Assembly (NCBI GenBank): GCA_016699305.1
Contig: CP064970.1
Coordinates: 157,419 to 221,418, forward strand
DNA length: 64,000 bases
Source: Alphaproteobacteria bacterium
Lineage (GTDB): Bacteria; Pseudomonadota; Alphaproteobacteria; GCA-016699305
Direction: 5' to 3'
This document shows, piece by piece, positions 35,344-45,251 of this stretch (positions are counted from its first letter, which is position 1; each line of letters starts with the position of its first letter). Made by a program: the position numbers and the translations under genes. The notes under the pieces are model-generated. The model was given only the letters and a program-made list of their open reading frames with translations, made no database searches and was not told where the DNA came from.

Positions 35344-36039
35344 CTACCCCCCCCAAACTGTTCTGTTATGCAGCACATAGAAGAAGTAGTGAAGACCCAG
35401 CGGCAATCCTGGTGTTCCAGCATTTGGCATAGACAAATTTATACATCCAAATTGACCATGTTCCCCAGTGCCCCAAGAAGAATAGATGCCCACAAATTTA
35501 TTGAGTACTACAGCGCCGTAAGTACTATTATTACCACCTAAATTTATTATTGCATTGCATATATCATCACTTAACCCGGGCAGAAGTATTGCTATATCGC
35601 CATTCGCAGCATTATTCGTGACTGCACCTCCCATGAGATTCATATAACCAGTAAACACATATGATTGATAGTTTAAGGGAACGGAACTCAAATCAATCCC
35701 GGATGGTGGATTTTTCCAGACAATACCGCCGCCATTAACATCAAAGACATGACAGGATTTATCGGATGGTGCATTTGAATTTGTATAGCCGTTGTCGATA
35801 GGGTTTTCAAAGCTGATTTCCGTATCGGTGCAACCCTTAGCAATCACTCTATCCACGCCGATTTGCAACTCATTGACATATCCAAGAATGGCCGTTGCTT
35901 GGGCTTTGAGTTTAACCGCCGAGATATCACCATTGAACGCGCCCGACCCCGCCGCAATGGCAGCGGCCAGGACAGCTAGAATCGCCACGATGAACAAGAT
36001 CGGCGCTATGGCTATACCGCGCTGATTGGTTCGCCTCAT
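35344..36039 (-). CDS. Pilin-like protein, paralogue 3
   Basis: MRRTNQRGIAIAPILFIVAILAVLAAAIAAGSGAF... The proximal leader (36040-36110) is related to the other two, but the distal part differs. Confidence 0.7.
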   Translation of the reverse strand: MRRTNQRGIAIAPILFIVAILAVLAAAIAAGSGAFNGDISAVKLKAQATAILGYVNELQIGVDRVIAKGCTDTEISFENPIDNGYTNSNAPSDKSCHVFDVNGGGIVWKNPPSGIDLSSVPLNYQSYVFTGYMNLMGGAVTNNAANGDIAILLPGLSDDICNAIINLGGNNSTYGAVVLNKFVGIYSSWGTGEHGQFGCINLSMPNAGTPGLPLGLHYFFYVLHNRTVWGG

Positions 36040-36297
36040 GCTGTTTGTGGCCTTGCCATGCTTTACGGAAACGCAGCCTTCTCAAGCGAGAAGACCGCGC
36101 CCCCCGTTACCCTGTGCGGTCATCGGCTTCCCAGCCTGTACCGCAATCCCGGCCCTAGTGTAGCGTCTGCATAGCGCTGTTGCAATGAGGGGTCCAGGGG
36201 GGCGAGGCCCCCCTGTGATTGTGCGTCAAGTGCTGCAGCACCGAAAGATCAAGGCGTTGGATCATCAAAAATATGACGGGTGGTAAGATCAGACGCC

Positions 36298-36945
36298 TTA
36301 GACGAAATAATCGAAGACGTTAATGTAGGTATAATAATTATAGCTGTAACCGTCTCTTGGGTCTTGAGCATCGCCCACCATATTGGCGATGGAGGTGCCT
36401 GTGGATGTGGAGATCGAAGTTTTCTGGAATTCTGAGGCGGGTGTTTCCACGGTGTCATAGTCCTTACTGAATTTGCCCGCGCTCAGCTGAATGGCATAAG
36501 AGGGAGATTTTGAAACGTCGCCGCCTGTCTCGCGCGTGGTGCGCAGAACATAATTTCCGGCGGCCATATCGAATTTGTCCGCTCTCATCTTGTCATAGGC
36601 TGTCTTTAGGTCGCCGCTGGTGGCTTCGCTGTCGGCGATGACACGGCCATTTTGTAGGACTTCGACTCGAACAGGAGGCCGAGTTGAGGTATCAACGACG
36701 CTCTCATCATCTGTTCTACTGGTGGTCAGGGTCAGGCCCACTTGTGTCGATGCGCTGAGGCGAAAGCTGAAGTGATCGACGCGATCTTTGTTTGTGAGGG
36801 CGCTGACAACGGTCAGACGTGTTCGATCCGCCGTCAGCGTGCCGATGGCCCGGGCGTTCAAGATGTTCTCTCCGCTGACGTCTTCAGTCGCCTGACTATA
36901 GGAGAGCGGATTGCGATACACATCGGTGTCGATGGTCAAGGGCAT
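36298..36945 (-). CDS. Hypothetical protein, possibly with a pre-peptidase-C-terminal-like beta-sandwich
   Basis: No signal peptide. The DRVDHFSFRLSASTQVGLTL pattern is only suggestive. It lies first in the same-strand run that continues into the pilin-like genes. Confidence 0.45.
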   Translation of the reverse strand: MPLTIDTDVYRNPLSYSQATEDVSGENILNARAIGTLTADRTRLTVVSALTNKDRVDHFSFRLSASTQVGLTLTTSRTDDESVVDTSTRPPVRVEVLQNGRVIADSEATSGDLKTAYDKMRADKFDMAAGNYVLRTTRETGGDVSKSPSYAIQLSAGKFSKDYDTVETPASEFQKTSISTSTGTSIANMVGDAQDPRDGYSYNYYTYINVFDYFV

Positions 36946-37052
36946 GGGGTCCCCGCCTTATAGATAAACTGTCCGAGTCCATTTTTTCCCTAAATGGTTG
37001 AGAATTTGTTACGATGCGTGTGGGGTAAGCAGCTCCCCCCGAAAAACCTCTT

Positions 37053-38963
37053 TTATTGATCCTGCACACTCCCCGTCAGCAACCGATCTAACCGTGCCGA
37101 GAAAAGGGCGGCATCATGTGGGGGCAGGCCTTCCAGGATGCGGGCTTGATCCAGTAGCAGCCAGGCCGAGTCGGTCATGTGTTGATCCGCTTGGCCTTGC
37201 TGGGCGCGAGTCAGCATGGCTTGCACCAAGGGATGGCCGGGGTTGATCTCCAACACGCGCTTGACCGGGTCGGGCAATTGTTTGTGCATGCGCAGCAGTT
37301 TTTCAAGATGCATGTCCAGATCGCCGCCATCGGCCACCAGACAAGCCGCGCTTTCGGTCAGCCGCGCCGAGGCTCGCACGTCTTTGACGGCGTCCGACAA
37401 GGTGGCTTTCATCAGAGTCAACAAGGGGGCTAGATCGCGCGATGAATCGTCTTGCGCGGGGGCGGCTTCGTCGGTTTTCTTGTCATCACGCTTCGCGCCC
37501 GAGTCCATGTCCATTTTGACAAAATCCGCATCGCCGCGCGTGACCGAGCGGAACGGCTTGTCCTGGAAGGCTCCAACCATACTGATCCAAAAATCGTCCA
37601 CGGGATCCGTCAGCAAGGCAACCTCGATTCCCCGCGCGCGGAATCCCTCAATCTGCGGACTGCGCTTTAAGGTTTGCGCGTCGTCGCCCGTGATGAACCA
37701 GATGGCATCCTGTCCAGGCTTCATGCGCCCGATATAATCGGTCAGGGAAACCGGCTGGTCGGGCGAGGTGGTGGTGCGGAATCGCAGCAGGCCCAAAAGC
37801 GTGTCGCGGTATTCGCCGCCCGTGTCGTCGTACAGACCTTCCTTTAGCACCGAGCCAAAATTGTCCCAGATATTTGCGTAGGTTTCCGGCTTGTCCTGGG
37901 CGCAGCGTTCTAATTCTTGCAGCGCGCGCCGAGTGATGGCACCGCGCAGACGGTGCAAGATGGGGTCCTCTTGCAGCATTTCACGGCTGATATTGAGGGG
38001 GAGGTCCTCGCTGTCCACCACGCCGCGCAGGAAACGCAGCCAGGGAGGAATAAGGCCCTGCGCGGCCTCGGTGATGAACACGCGCTTGACATACAGCCGC
38101 ACCCGATGGGCGCGCTTTGGATCGAACAGGTCCAAGGGGCGCGACGAAGGCACGAACAGCAAGGCCGTGTATTCCATGCGGCCTTCGGCGTGCCAATGGG
38201 CGGTCAGCGCCGGTTCGTCAAAGCTATGGGCCACATGGTGATAGAATTCGCGCAGGTCGTCTTCGCTGATCTCGGATTTGGGCCGCATCCAAAGCGCCTT
38301 GGCCCGATTGATCATCGGGGCCGTGTCGTCCTCGCCCAACAGGATCGGAACGGCGATATGGTCCGAGTAGGTATGGACGATGTGCTTGATGCGTTCCTCG
38401 GTCAGGAATTCATCGGCATTTTGCTTAAGGTATAAAGTGACGCATGTGCCGCGCGGCGATTGTTCGGCCTCGCTGACCACAAAATCGCTCTTACCGTCCG
38501 AACGCCAGCTCCATCCTTGCTCTTCGCCCGCGCGGCGGCTGGTCACCTCCACCATCTCGGCGACCATGAAGGCCGAATAGAATCCAACGCCGAACTGTCC
38601 GATCAACGACAATGGGTTCGAAGCATCCGCCGCCCCCGCCGCCTTGTCGATGAAATCCGCCGTGCCGGAACGGGCGATGGTGCCCAGATTTTCGATCAGC
38701 TCGTCCCGGTTCATGCCGATGCCGTTGTCGATGACGCTCAGCGTCCGCGCCTTAGGGTCCACGGATATGCGGATACGGAACGCAGGATCGCTGTCCAGTA
38801 ATTCGGGGCGGGTGAGGGCCTCATAGCGTAGCCGATCGCACGCATCCGCCGAATTCGAGATCAATTCGCGCAGAAAAACATCGCGGCCGCTGTACAAGGC
38901 GTTGGCGACAATGTCCAACAGCCGGGCGACCTCGGCTTGAAAGCAAAGCCGTTGTTCGGCCAT
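37053..38963 (-). CDS. htpG: Molecular chaperone HtpG (Hsp90)
   Basis: FQAEVARLLDIVANALYSGRDVFLRELISNSADACDRLRYE and GQFGVGFYSAFMVA. Confidence 0.95.
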   Translation of the reverse strand: MAEQRLCFQAEVARLLDIVANALYSGRDVFLRELISNSADACDRLRYEALTRPELLDSDPAFRIRISVDPKARTLSVIDNGIGMNRDELIENLGTIARSGTADFIDKAAGAADASNPLSLIGQFGVGFYSAFMVAEMVEVTSRRAGEEQGWSWRSDGKSDFVVSEAEQSPRGTCVTLYLKQNADEFLTEERIKHIVHTYSDHIAVPILLGEDDTAPMINRAKALWMRPKSEISEDDLREFYHHVAHSFDEPALTAHWHAEGRMEYTALLFVPSSRPLDLFDPKRAHRVRLYVKRVFITEAAQGLIPPWLRFLRGVVDSEDLPLNISREMLQEDPILHRLRGAITRRALQELERCAQDKPETYANIWDNFGSVLKEGLYDDTGGEYRDTLLGLLRFRTTTSPDQPVSLTDYIGRMKPGQDAIWFITGDDAQTLKRSPQIEGFRARGIEVALLTDPVDDFWISMVGAFQDKPFRSVTRGDADFVKMDMDSGAKRDDKKTDEAAPAQDDSSRDLAPLLTLMKATLSDAVKDVRASARLTESAACLVADGGDLDMHLEKLLRMHKQLPDPVKRVLEINPGHPLVQAMLTRAQQGQADQHMTDSAWLLLDQARILEGLPPHDAALFSARLDRLLTGSVQDQ

Positions 38964-39394
38964 GGTGATGCTCCTCTGTTCGAAACGTTAACAAGTGCGC
39001 GACCTTCAAAGTAAATCTGTTGGCCAGGTTGTCAACTCTTTGGTTGTTTTCTCAAATGTGGATAGAAATCAAGCCCATATTGCGCGACATTTTGTCACGC
39101 AGACAAAAGTCCAGTTTAACCATATCTTAACGCTGGAAGTAAACTCCTCGGCACTGTATAACGTTCTGACTTCGGTGTAGTCTGGTTCCGGAATGGATGG
39201 CGGCCAAATGTCTGCTGACTTCTCGTACGGACAGACACTGAAGACGGTATGGGCCGGTCGTTCTGCAGAGTGCGGATAAGGCTGGCAACGAATGAAACGG
39301 TGCGGAAATAAATGCCACTTCCATGCCTCATTGTCGAAAAACGGTGGATCTGACTGTCCTTGTCCGGTAACCATCAACGCACGTGGAGGGAAGC

Positions 39395-40060
39395 ATGCCT
39401 GATACGCTTTTTACGGGGCCAGCTGGCCGCCTAGAAGGTCGCTACAGCCCTGGTCGTTCTCCGATCGCTCCCATCGCGTTGGTGCTGCACGCCCATCCCC
39501 AATATGGCGGGACCATGAACACCAAGCTGGTCTACTCGCTGTTCAACAGCTTTGCTCAGCGTGATTTTGCCACGTTACGTTTCAACTTTCGTGGCGTTGG
39601 TCGCAGTCAGGGCAGTTATGACGGGGGCGAAGGCGAGCTTAGCGATGCGGCAGCGGCTCTAGATTGGCTGCAAACTGCCAACCCCAATGCGCGTTCGGTA
39701 TGGGTGGCGGGATTCTCGTTCGGCGCTTGGATTGCCATGCAGCTGCTGATGCGCCGTCCCGAGATCGACGGTTTTGTATCGGTTGCGCCGCCTGCTGGCC
39801 GTTTGGACTTTAACTTTCTGACTCCGTGTCCGGCCTCGGGGCTGATTGTACAAGGAGGCAGGGATGACATTGCCGAGGAGACGTCCACGGCTGCCTTGGT
39901 ACAGAAACTGTCTCGTCAAAAAGAAGTGATGATCGACTACCAGGTGATCCCCGAAGCGGGGCACTTTTTCAGCGATCATTTCCAGGATATGGAAAGCGCT
40001 GTGGGCGGCTATCTCGACCGCGTTTTGCGTATGCCTACCGCTCTGGCCGCCAGCGCCTGA
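39395..40060 (+). CDS. Alpha/beta hydrolase (small, single-domain)
   Basis: GGAGGG SD 5 nt before the ATG at 39395. Motifs: LVLHAHPQYGGTM and the nucleophile elbow GFSFGA. Confidence 0.7.
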   Translation: MPDTLFTGPAGRLEGRYSPGRSPIAPIALVLHAHPQYGGTMNTKLVYSLFNSFAQRDFATLRFNFRGVGRSQGSYDGGEGELSDAAAALDWLQTANPNARSVWVAGFSFGAWIAMQLLMRRPEIDGFVSVAPPAGRLDFNFLTPCPASGLIVQGGRDDIAEETSTAALVQKLSRQKEVMIDYQVIPEAGHFFSDHFQDMESAVGGYLDRVLRMPTALAASA

Positions 40061-40131
40061 CAACGGTGCCCTCTATGAAGGTGTTCAGCCCAATGAGCCG
40101 AGCATCTCCATAATGCGGGGTAAGGGGCGTT

Positions 40132-41256
40132 TTACGCTGCCATATGAATGACGCCGCCGGTCATAGGCTCGGGTACGCCGGTGGTCTCGGGTACGGAAAG
40201 CGGCAGATGGTTCACGCTGCGTACGGCCATCCAGGCAAAGGCCTCGGCCTCAAGGGCGTCGCCGTTCCAACCCAGAGTCTCCACTGCCGCGACGGGCATG
40301 TCGCATGCGGTCGAAATCATCTCTGCCATATAGGCGTTATGCCTCCCGCCGCCCGTGACATAGAGCGCGCTTGGTCGTTGGGGCAGATGGCTCAGGCAGC
40401 GCCCGATTGCGCGCGCGCTGAAGGCGGTCAAGGTGGCGGCACCGTCTTCGGGTGACAGCGATTCCAGCCCTGGTGTATGCAATTCATCGCGGTCCAAAGA
40501 TTTGGGCGGCGCGCGGTGGAAATAAGGTTGATCCAGCCAAGTATTTAGTTGGTCGTGGTGAATTTTCCCTTGGCGCGCCAGCTGGCCGTTGCGGTCAAAG
40601 GGCATTCCTGTATGGCGCATGACCCAATCATCCAGCAAAGCGCCGCCAGGGCCGGAATCAAATCCCATGATGTCCCGCTCGCCCAATCCCAGCCATGTTA
40701 CATTGGCGACGCCGCCGATATTCAAGATCGCTGCAGGTCGCCCCTGTTTGCCTAAACGCGCCTGGTGGTATAACGGCACAAGCGGTGCGCCTTGGCCGCC
40801 GGCGGCCACGTCATGCTGGCGGAACTGGTTGACCACGGCCAGGTTCAGATCCGCCGCTAATCGGTCGCCATCGCCAATCTGCCAGGTAAAACGGTGCGCG
40901 GGATCGTGCGCCAGCGTATGGCCGTGAAAGCCGACCAGGTCGATATCGGATGTGTCCAGTTTCATCTGGTCCAGCAAATGCCGCACGGCCTTTGCATGCA
41001 AATCGGTCAAATCTTGTTCGATTTCCGGAATTTGTTCTGTCTGCTTGCCACCTAGGCATGAGCGCAGGCGTTGGCGGAATGCGGCATCATAAGGAAGTGT
41101 GGCAAAGCCCAAAGGCTCGATCACCTCGCGCCCATCGGTACGGATGATCGCGGCATCCACGCCGTCCAGGGAAGTCCCGCTCATCAGCCCCACAACGGTC
41201 ACCAGAGGCTTCGCGTCATCGAGGCTCTTCACCTCGCGCTGTTTTTGTTGTTCCAT
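40132..41256 (-). CDS. anmK: Anhydro-N-acetylmuramic acid kinase
   Basis: [14 protein letters not shown] near the N-terminus, then NIGGVANVT. The ATG at 41256 has a GGAGGG SD. Confidence 0.85.
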   Translation of the reverse strand: MEQQKQREVKSLDDAKPLVTVVGLMSGTSLDGVDAAIIRTDGREVIEPLGFATLPYDAAFRQRLRSCLGGKQTEQIPEIEQDLTDLHAKAVRHLLDQMKLDTSDIDLVGFHGHTLAHDPAHRFTWQIGDGDRLAADLNLAVVNQFRQHDVAAGGQGAPLVPLYHQARLGKQGRPAAILNIGGVANVTWLGLGERDIMGFDSGPGGALLDDWVMRHTGMPFDRNGQLARQGKIHHDQLNTWLDQPYFHRAPPKSLDRDELHTPGLESLSPEDGAATLTAFSARAIGRCLSHLPQRPSALYVTGGGRHNAYMAEMISTACDMPVAAVETLGWNGDALEAEAFAWMAVRSVNHLPLSVPETTGVPEPMTGGVIHMAA

Positions 41257-41311
41257 GTCTCCGGCCCTCCCTGGCGAGTGGCAGACGAATATTCGGGAAG
41301 GATATACCAAA

Positions 41312-42682
41312 ATGGATCAGAACCCAACACTTCAACGTGTAACCCCGCGTTTGCCGTCAGGGACGTTAGAGCTGCTGCCGCGTCAGCAAATTGCCTTTCA
41401 ACATCTGATGGATACCATCCGATGCGGCTATGAACGCTTTGGCTTTCTGCCGATTGAAACGCCGGTTTTCGAATTGACCGATGTGCTGCTGACCAAGTCC
41501 GGCGGCGAGACGGAAAAGCAGGTCTATTTCGTGCAGTCCACGGGATCCTTGAAGCAGGGAGACACGCCGGATATGGCGCTGCGTTTTGACCTGACCGTGC
41601 CGCTTGCGCGTTATGTGGCACAGCATGAGCGTGAATTGAACTTTCCCTTTCGGCGCTATCAGATGCAGCGCGTCTATCGCGGCGAGCGGGCGCAAAAAGG
41701 GCGCGAGCGTGAATTCTATCAATGTGACATCGACATCATCGGCAAGGATCATCTGGATATCGGCTTTGACTCGGAGCCGCCCGCCATCATCAACCATATC
41801 TTTGGCGAGTTGGGCGTGGGCGATTTCGTCATCAGCTATAACAATCGCAAACTGCTGAAAGGCCTTCTTTCGTCATTGGATGTGCCCGAAGGCGAGGCGC
41901 AGACCTTGGCCCTGCGCGAGGTGGACAAGCTGGATAAGTTAAGCCCGGATGTTGTGTCTGAAAACCTTGCCAAACTGGGCATGGCCGAGGCCGCGCGGTC
42001 GCGGTTGCTGGAGTTGATGAGCATCCGTTCGGGCACGTCCGATGCCTTAGCCGCCTTACGCGCATGGAAATCCGACCATCCGCTTTTTGTGACCGGCGTG
42101 CAAGAAGTGGAACGTGTGGCGGCGGACCTAAAGGCCATGGGTGTCAGCGAGGATCGCGCGCGGTTGAACCTGTCCATTGTGCGCGGCTTGGACTATTACA
42201 CCGGCACGGTCTATGAAACCCACATCAAGGGCCACGAGAATTTCGGCAGCGTCTGCTCGGGTGGACGTTATGACGATCTGGCCAGCCACTACACCAAATC
42301 AACCTTACCGGGCGTGGGCATATCGATCGGCGCGACACGTTTGTTTGAACAGATGATGGAAGCGGGACTTGTCGGCGCGGCGGACAGCACGGTCCAGGTG
42401 CTGGTGGCGCGTTTGGACGAGGGCTTGGCCTCGGATTATCTGTCTATCGCCACGGCTTTGCGCAAACAAGGCGTCAACACGGAAGCATGGCTACAGCCCG
42501 GCGCCAAGATGGACAAGCAAATGCGCTATGCCGATAAGGCGGGCATCCGCTTTGTCGTGATGATGGGCGCGAATGAGAAAGCCTCAGGTCAGGCGACGTT
42601 TAAGGATATGCGCAGCGGCGTGCAACAGACTGTCTCTGCCGGCGATCTGGCCGCGCATATTGCGGGGGCGCTGCGGTCTTGA
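41312..42682 (+). CDS. hisS: Histidine--tRNA ligase
   Basis: The class II motifs are [29 protein letters not shown] and GGRYDDL. The C-terminal anticodon-binding domain includes [13 protein letters not shown]. The start is at ATG 41312, because the track's longer ORF overlaps anmK. Confidence 0.9.
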   Translation: MDQNPTLQRVTPRLPSGTLELLPRQQIAFQHLMDTIRCGYERFGFLPIETPVFELTDVLLTKSGGETEKQVYFVQSTGSLKQGDTPDMALRFDLTVPLARYVAQHERELNFPFRRYQMQRVYRGERAQKGREREFYQCDIDIIGKDHLDIGFDSEPPAIINHIFGELGVGDFVISYNNRKLLKGLLSSLDVPEGEAQTLALREVDKLDKLSPDVVSENLAKLGMAEAARSRLLELMSIRSGTSDALAALRAWKSDHPLFVTGVQEVERVAADLKAMGVSEDRARLNLSIVRGLDYYTGTVYETHIKGHENFGSVCSGGRYDDLASHYTKSTLPGVGISIGATRLFEQMMEAGLVGAADSTVQVLVARLDEGLASDYLSIATALRKQGVNTEAWLQPGAKMDKQMRYADKAGIRFVVMMGANEKASGQATFKDMRSGVQQTVSAGDLAAHIAGALRS

Positions 42683-43773
42683 ACGCCGATGGTACGACCT
42701 TATCTGCGGTATTGGCCAAAGCGCGGGCGACATTAAAGGCCGCCGGGATTCCCGATCCGCAATTGGATTCGCGTATCCTGGCCGCCGCCGCCTTGGGCTT
42801 GGAGTCGGGCCAAACGGCCCTGCATGGCAATATGTTATTGAGTGAATCTCAACAGCAACGCATCGCGCGTTTGGTGGATCGCCGCTTGGCTCATGAACCG
42901 GTCGATCGCATCTTGGGCCGCCGCGCGTTTTGGACATTGGATCTGCGTTTGAACCAAGACACATTGTCGCCGCGCCCGGATAGCGAGTCTTTGGTGGAAG
43001 CTGTTCTTGGCGAATTGTCCGCGCATGACGCGCCTTTGCGTTTGCTGGATATCGGCACCGGCTCGGGGTGTCTGCTGCTGGCTTTGCTGTCCGAGATTCC
43101 CCTTGGCTGGGGGCTGGGTGTGGATATCGCTCCCGGCGCGGCGGCCATGGCGCGCTTGAATGCTCGGCTGAGCGGCTTGTCGGACCGGTGCGCCTTTGCG
43201 GTCATGGATGGTCATTCAGGGCTGGCCAAGCTCGCTCGGTTTGATGTGATCCTGTTCAATCCACCTTATATTCCCCGGGCCGATGTGGCGCGGTTGGCCC
43301 CCGAAGTGCGCGGACATGATCCGCATCAAGCATTGGTGGGTGGTTCCGATGGATTGATGTTTTATCGTCGTTGGATTAAATCGGCCCGCGCTTTGCTTGA
43401 ACCTGGTGGCCTATTGGCGCTTGAGATCGGCCAAGGTCAGGCGGCGGCGGTCACGAATATCCTGCGCTTGAATGGATATGCGGTGCGCGTGCGTCAACGC
43501 GATCTTGCGGGAATAACGCGCTGTCTTTTAGCCCGGCTTAGGGGGCCGTCCCACCCAGCGCGACCGACATCCCCGCAGGGAAAGCCTGCAGCCAAGCGAC
43601 CAGGATCAACGGTATCGTCACAGTCATCATCACCAGTCCTAACCAAACCTGGGCAGGCAGGGCCAGGAAGAAAACCTGAATCTGCGGAATCAGCCGAGCG
43701 ATCACGCCAAAGCCGACATACAGCACCGTCATCAAGATCAAAAAAGGCGCGGCCAATTCGCAGCCCAGCATAA
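42679..43773 (+). CDS. prmC: Release-factor glutamine N5-methyltransferase (PrmC/HemK); the ORF has a long low-complexity C-terminal extension
   Basis: [14 protein letters not shown] and the FNPPYIP (NPPY) motif. The last ~80 codons run antisense through fliR. Confidence 0.8.
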   Translation: MNADGTTLSAVLAKARATLKAAGIPDPQLDSRILAAAALGLESGQTALHGNMLLSESQQQRIARLVDRRLAHEPVDRILGRRAFWTLDLRLNQDTLSPRPDSESLVEAVLGELSAHDAPLRLLDIGTGSGCLLLALLSEIPLGWGLGVDIAPGAAAMARLNARLSGLSDRCAFAVMDGHSGLAKLARFDVILFNPPYIPRADVARLAPEVRGHDPHQALVGGSDGLMFYRRWIKSARALLEPGGLLALEIGQGQAAAVTNILRLNGYAVRVRQRDLAGITRCLLARLRGPSHPARPTSPQGKPAAKRPGSTVSSQSSSPVLTKPGQAGPGRKPESAESAERSRQSRHTAPSSRSKKARPIRSPA

Positions 43774-44329
43774 AGGTTTGTCCGACCAACCGGGCTAGAC
43801 CCAGGCTGAATTCCCCAACTGGCAGGGCGGCTCCGGGCTTAAGCGTGGTGTAGCTGTCCGCCAAGGCGCGCAGCATCATGTGGTGCAGGTCTGCCGCCAT
43901 GAACAACAACACGCCCGCCATACCGATGATGGCAGCCGGGGGCGAACCTTGACCGGCCATGGCCGGGTTGAAGATCGCCGCGCTATTTAAGCCCACTTGG
44001 TAGGCGATGACATTACCCGCCGTATCAAGAGCCGAGAGCATGATTCGCGCCAAAGTGCCGATGAATATCCCGATCAAGCATTCGCCCACGATCAAAGCCG
44101 TTAGCTCCGCCAACCCTTCGGGTTGAGGGGGCAACACGCCGCGCAGCGGCGGCATCATGAGAACCACGAGTGACAAGGCCACCAATAGGCGTATGCGCAC
44201 CGGCACAAAAACCTGGCCAATGCCAGGCATGACCATCAGCATGGATCCGAGACGCGCGAACAGAAGCAGAGAGGGAAAGACCTGTTGCCCCATCATTTGG
44301 GCAGGATCGAAGGTCAGCAGGGAATTCAT
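43538..44329 (-). CDS. fliR: Flagellar export apparatus protein FliR
   Basis: Polytopic membrane protein lying immediately downstream of fliQ. The N-terminus (FPSLLLFARLGSMLMVMPG) is FliR-like. Confidence 0.85.
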   Translation of the reverse strand: MNSLLTFDPAQMMGQQVFPSLLLFARLGSMLMVMPGIGQVFVPVRIRLLVALSLVVLMMPPLRGVLPPQPEGLAELTALIVGECLIGIFIGTLARIMLSALDTAGNVIAYQVGLNSAAIFNPAMAGQGSPPAAIIGMAGVLLFMAADLHHMMLRALADSYTTLKPGAALPVGEFSLGLARLVGQTFMLGCELAAPFLILMTVLYVGFGVIARLIPQIQVFFLALPAQVWLGLVMMTVTIPLILVAWLQAFPAGMSVALGGTAP

Positions 44330-44334
44330 GACTC

Positions 44335-44601
44335 TTAGCCGCCGGTGATCATACGCTCGGCCAAAGCGTGCGTGAAATCGCTAAGCGTGGCCAGCATATA
44401 GGGCAGCATCAGCAACGCGCCGCCGAAGATGGCGATCATCTTGGGCACGAAGGAAACGGTCATTTCTTGAATCTGGGTCAGCGTCTGGAGAATGGAAATC
44501 AGCGTGCCGATCACCAGCCCCAGCAACATCAAGGGTCCGCCCAATTTAGCCGAGACGATCAGCGTCTCGCGGCATAAGGCAATCACTTCACCTTCATTCA
44601 T
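44335..44601 (-). CDS. fliQ: Flagellar export apparatus protein FliQ
   Basis: 88 aa with two TM segments, plus the blocks LLLGLVIGTLISILQTLTQIQEMTVSFVPK. Confidence 0.9.
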   Translation of the reverse strand: MNEGEVIALCRETLIVSAKLGGPLMLLGLVIGTLISILQTLTQIQEMTVSFVPKMIAIFGGALLMLPYMLATLSDFTHALAERMITGG

Positions 44602-44678
44602 GGCGACGTCCGTTCATTGCTGCTTTCCCACAGATAAGGAAAGAGCCGATATCCTTAAACAAACGCTAATGCGCCGTT

Positions 44679-45098
44679 TTAGCCACCCATATCATTTTGC
44701 AGGCGTGTAATGTGATGCCGCGGCCCGGAGACATTCATCTGACTGCCCAGGAATTCCACGCGGATGCGGTCGGCGAATAGGCCAGCCTTTAATGTCGGTT
44801 TGAAGGTCATCATATGCTGCATGCGCGTCTCGACGCGATACCCCATGCGACCCAATAGTAATTGCAGGTGCAAGGATGGGTCTCCCGGCTGTCCCGAGGA
44901 ACCGAGTGATAAAGCATATTCCTGTGCGTGATAGCCGATGCCCACGCCAAAGACCAGGCCAACCATGATGCCGATGACGATTGCTGTAGTGGGCGGCACA
45001 TTGGTGATCCTCCAATAGATCATTCCAAAGGTCAGAGCGCTGCCCAAGCCTATCAAGAGCATAATTTGAAGAAAGCTTCTGCCGCTTAGGTTATTCAT
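44679..45098 (-). CDS. Hypothetical membrane protein upstream of fliQ
   Basis: Two N-terminal TM segments and a soluble tail. No motif recognised. Confidence 0.5.
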   Translation of the reverse strand: MNNLSGRSFLQIMLLIGLGSALTFGMIYWRITNVPPTTAIVIGIMVGLVFGVGIGYHAQEYALSLGSSGQPGDPSLHLQLLLGRMGYRVETRMQHMMTFKPTLKAGLFADRIRVEFLGSQMNVSGPRHHITRLQNDMGG

Positions 45099-45251
45099 AC
45101 AGCCACTCCTGTCCGAGGATATCCCTGGTCTTTCTCATGCTTTTAACTAAGAAACCTTTCATAATCGTCAAGAAGACAAGTTAAATCTCGTTGCAAATAC
45201 GGCCATATCTCCGGTTGACCCGCTCGCCATCAGACGCCATGATGCGCCGCC

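Noticed and set aside
39185-39215. ggttccggaatggatggcggcc resembles the SRP (4.5S) RNA domain IV core GGUCCGGAAGGAAGCAGCC.
   Set aside because: There are several insertions and mismatches. The GGAA loop would be closed by a C-U mismatch, and no complementary 3' strand can form the conserved helix.
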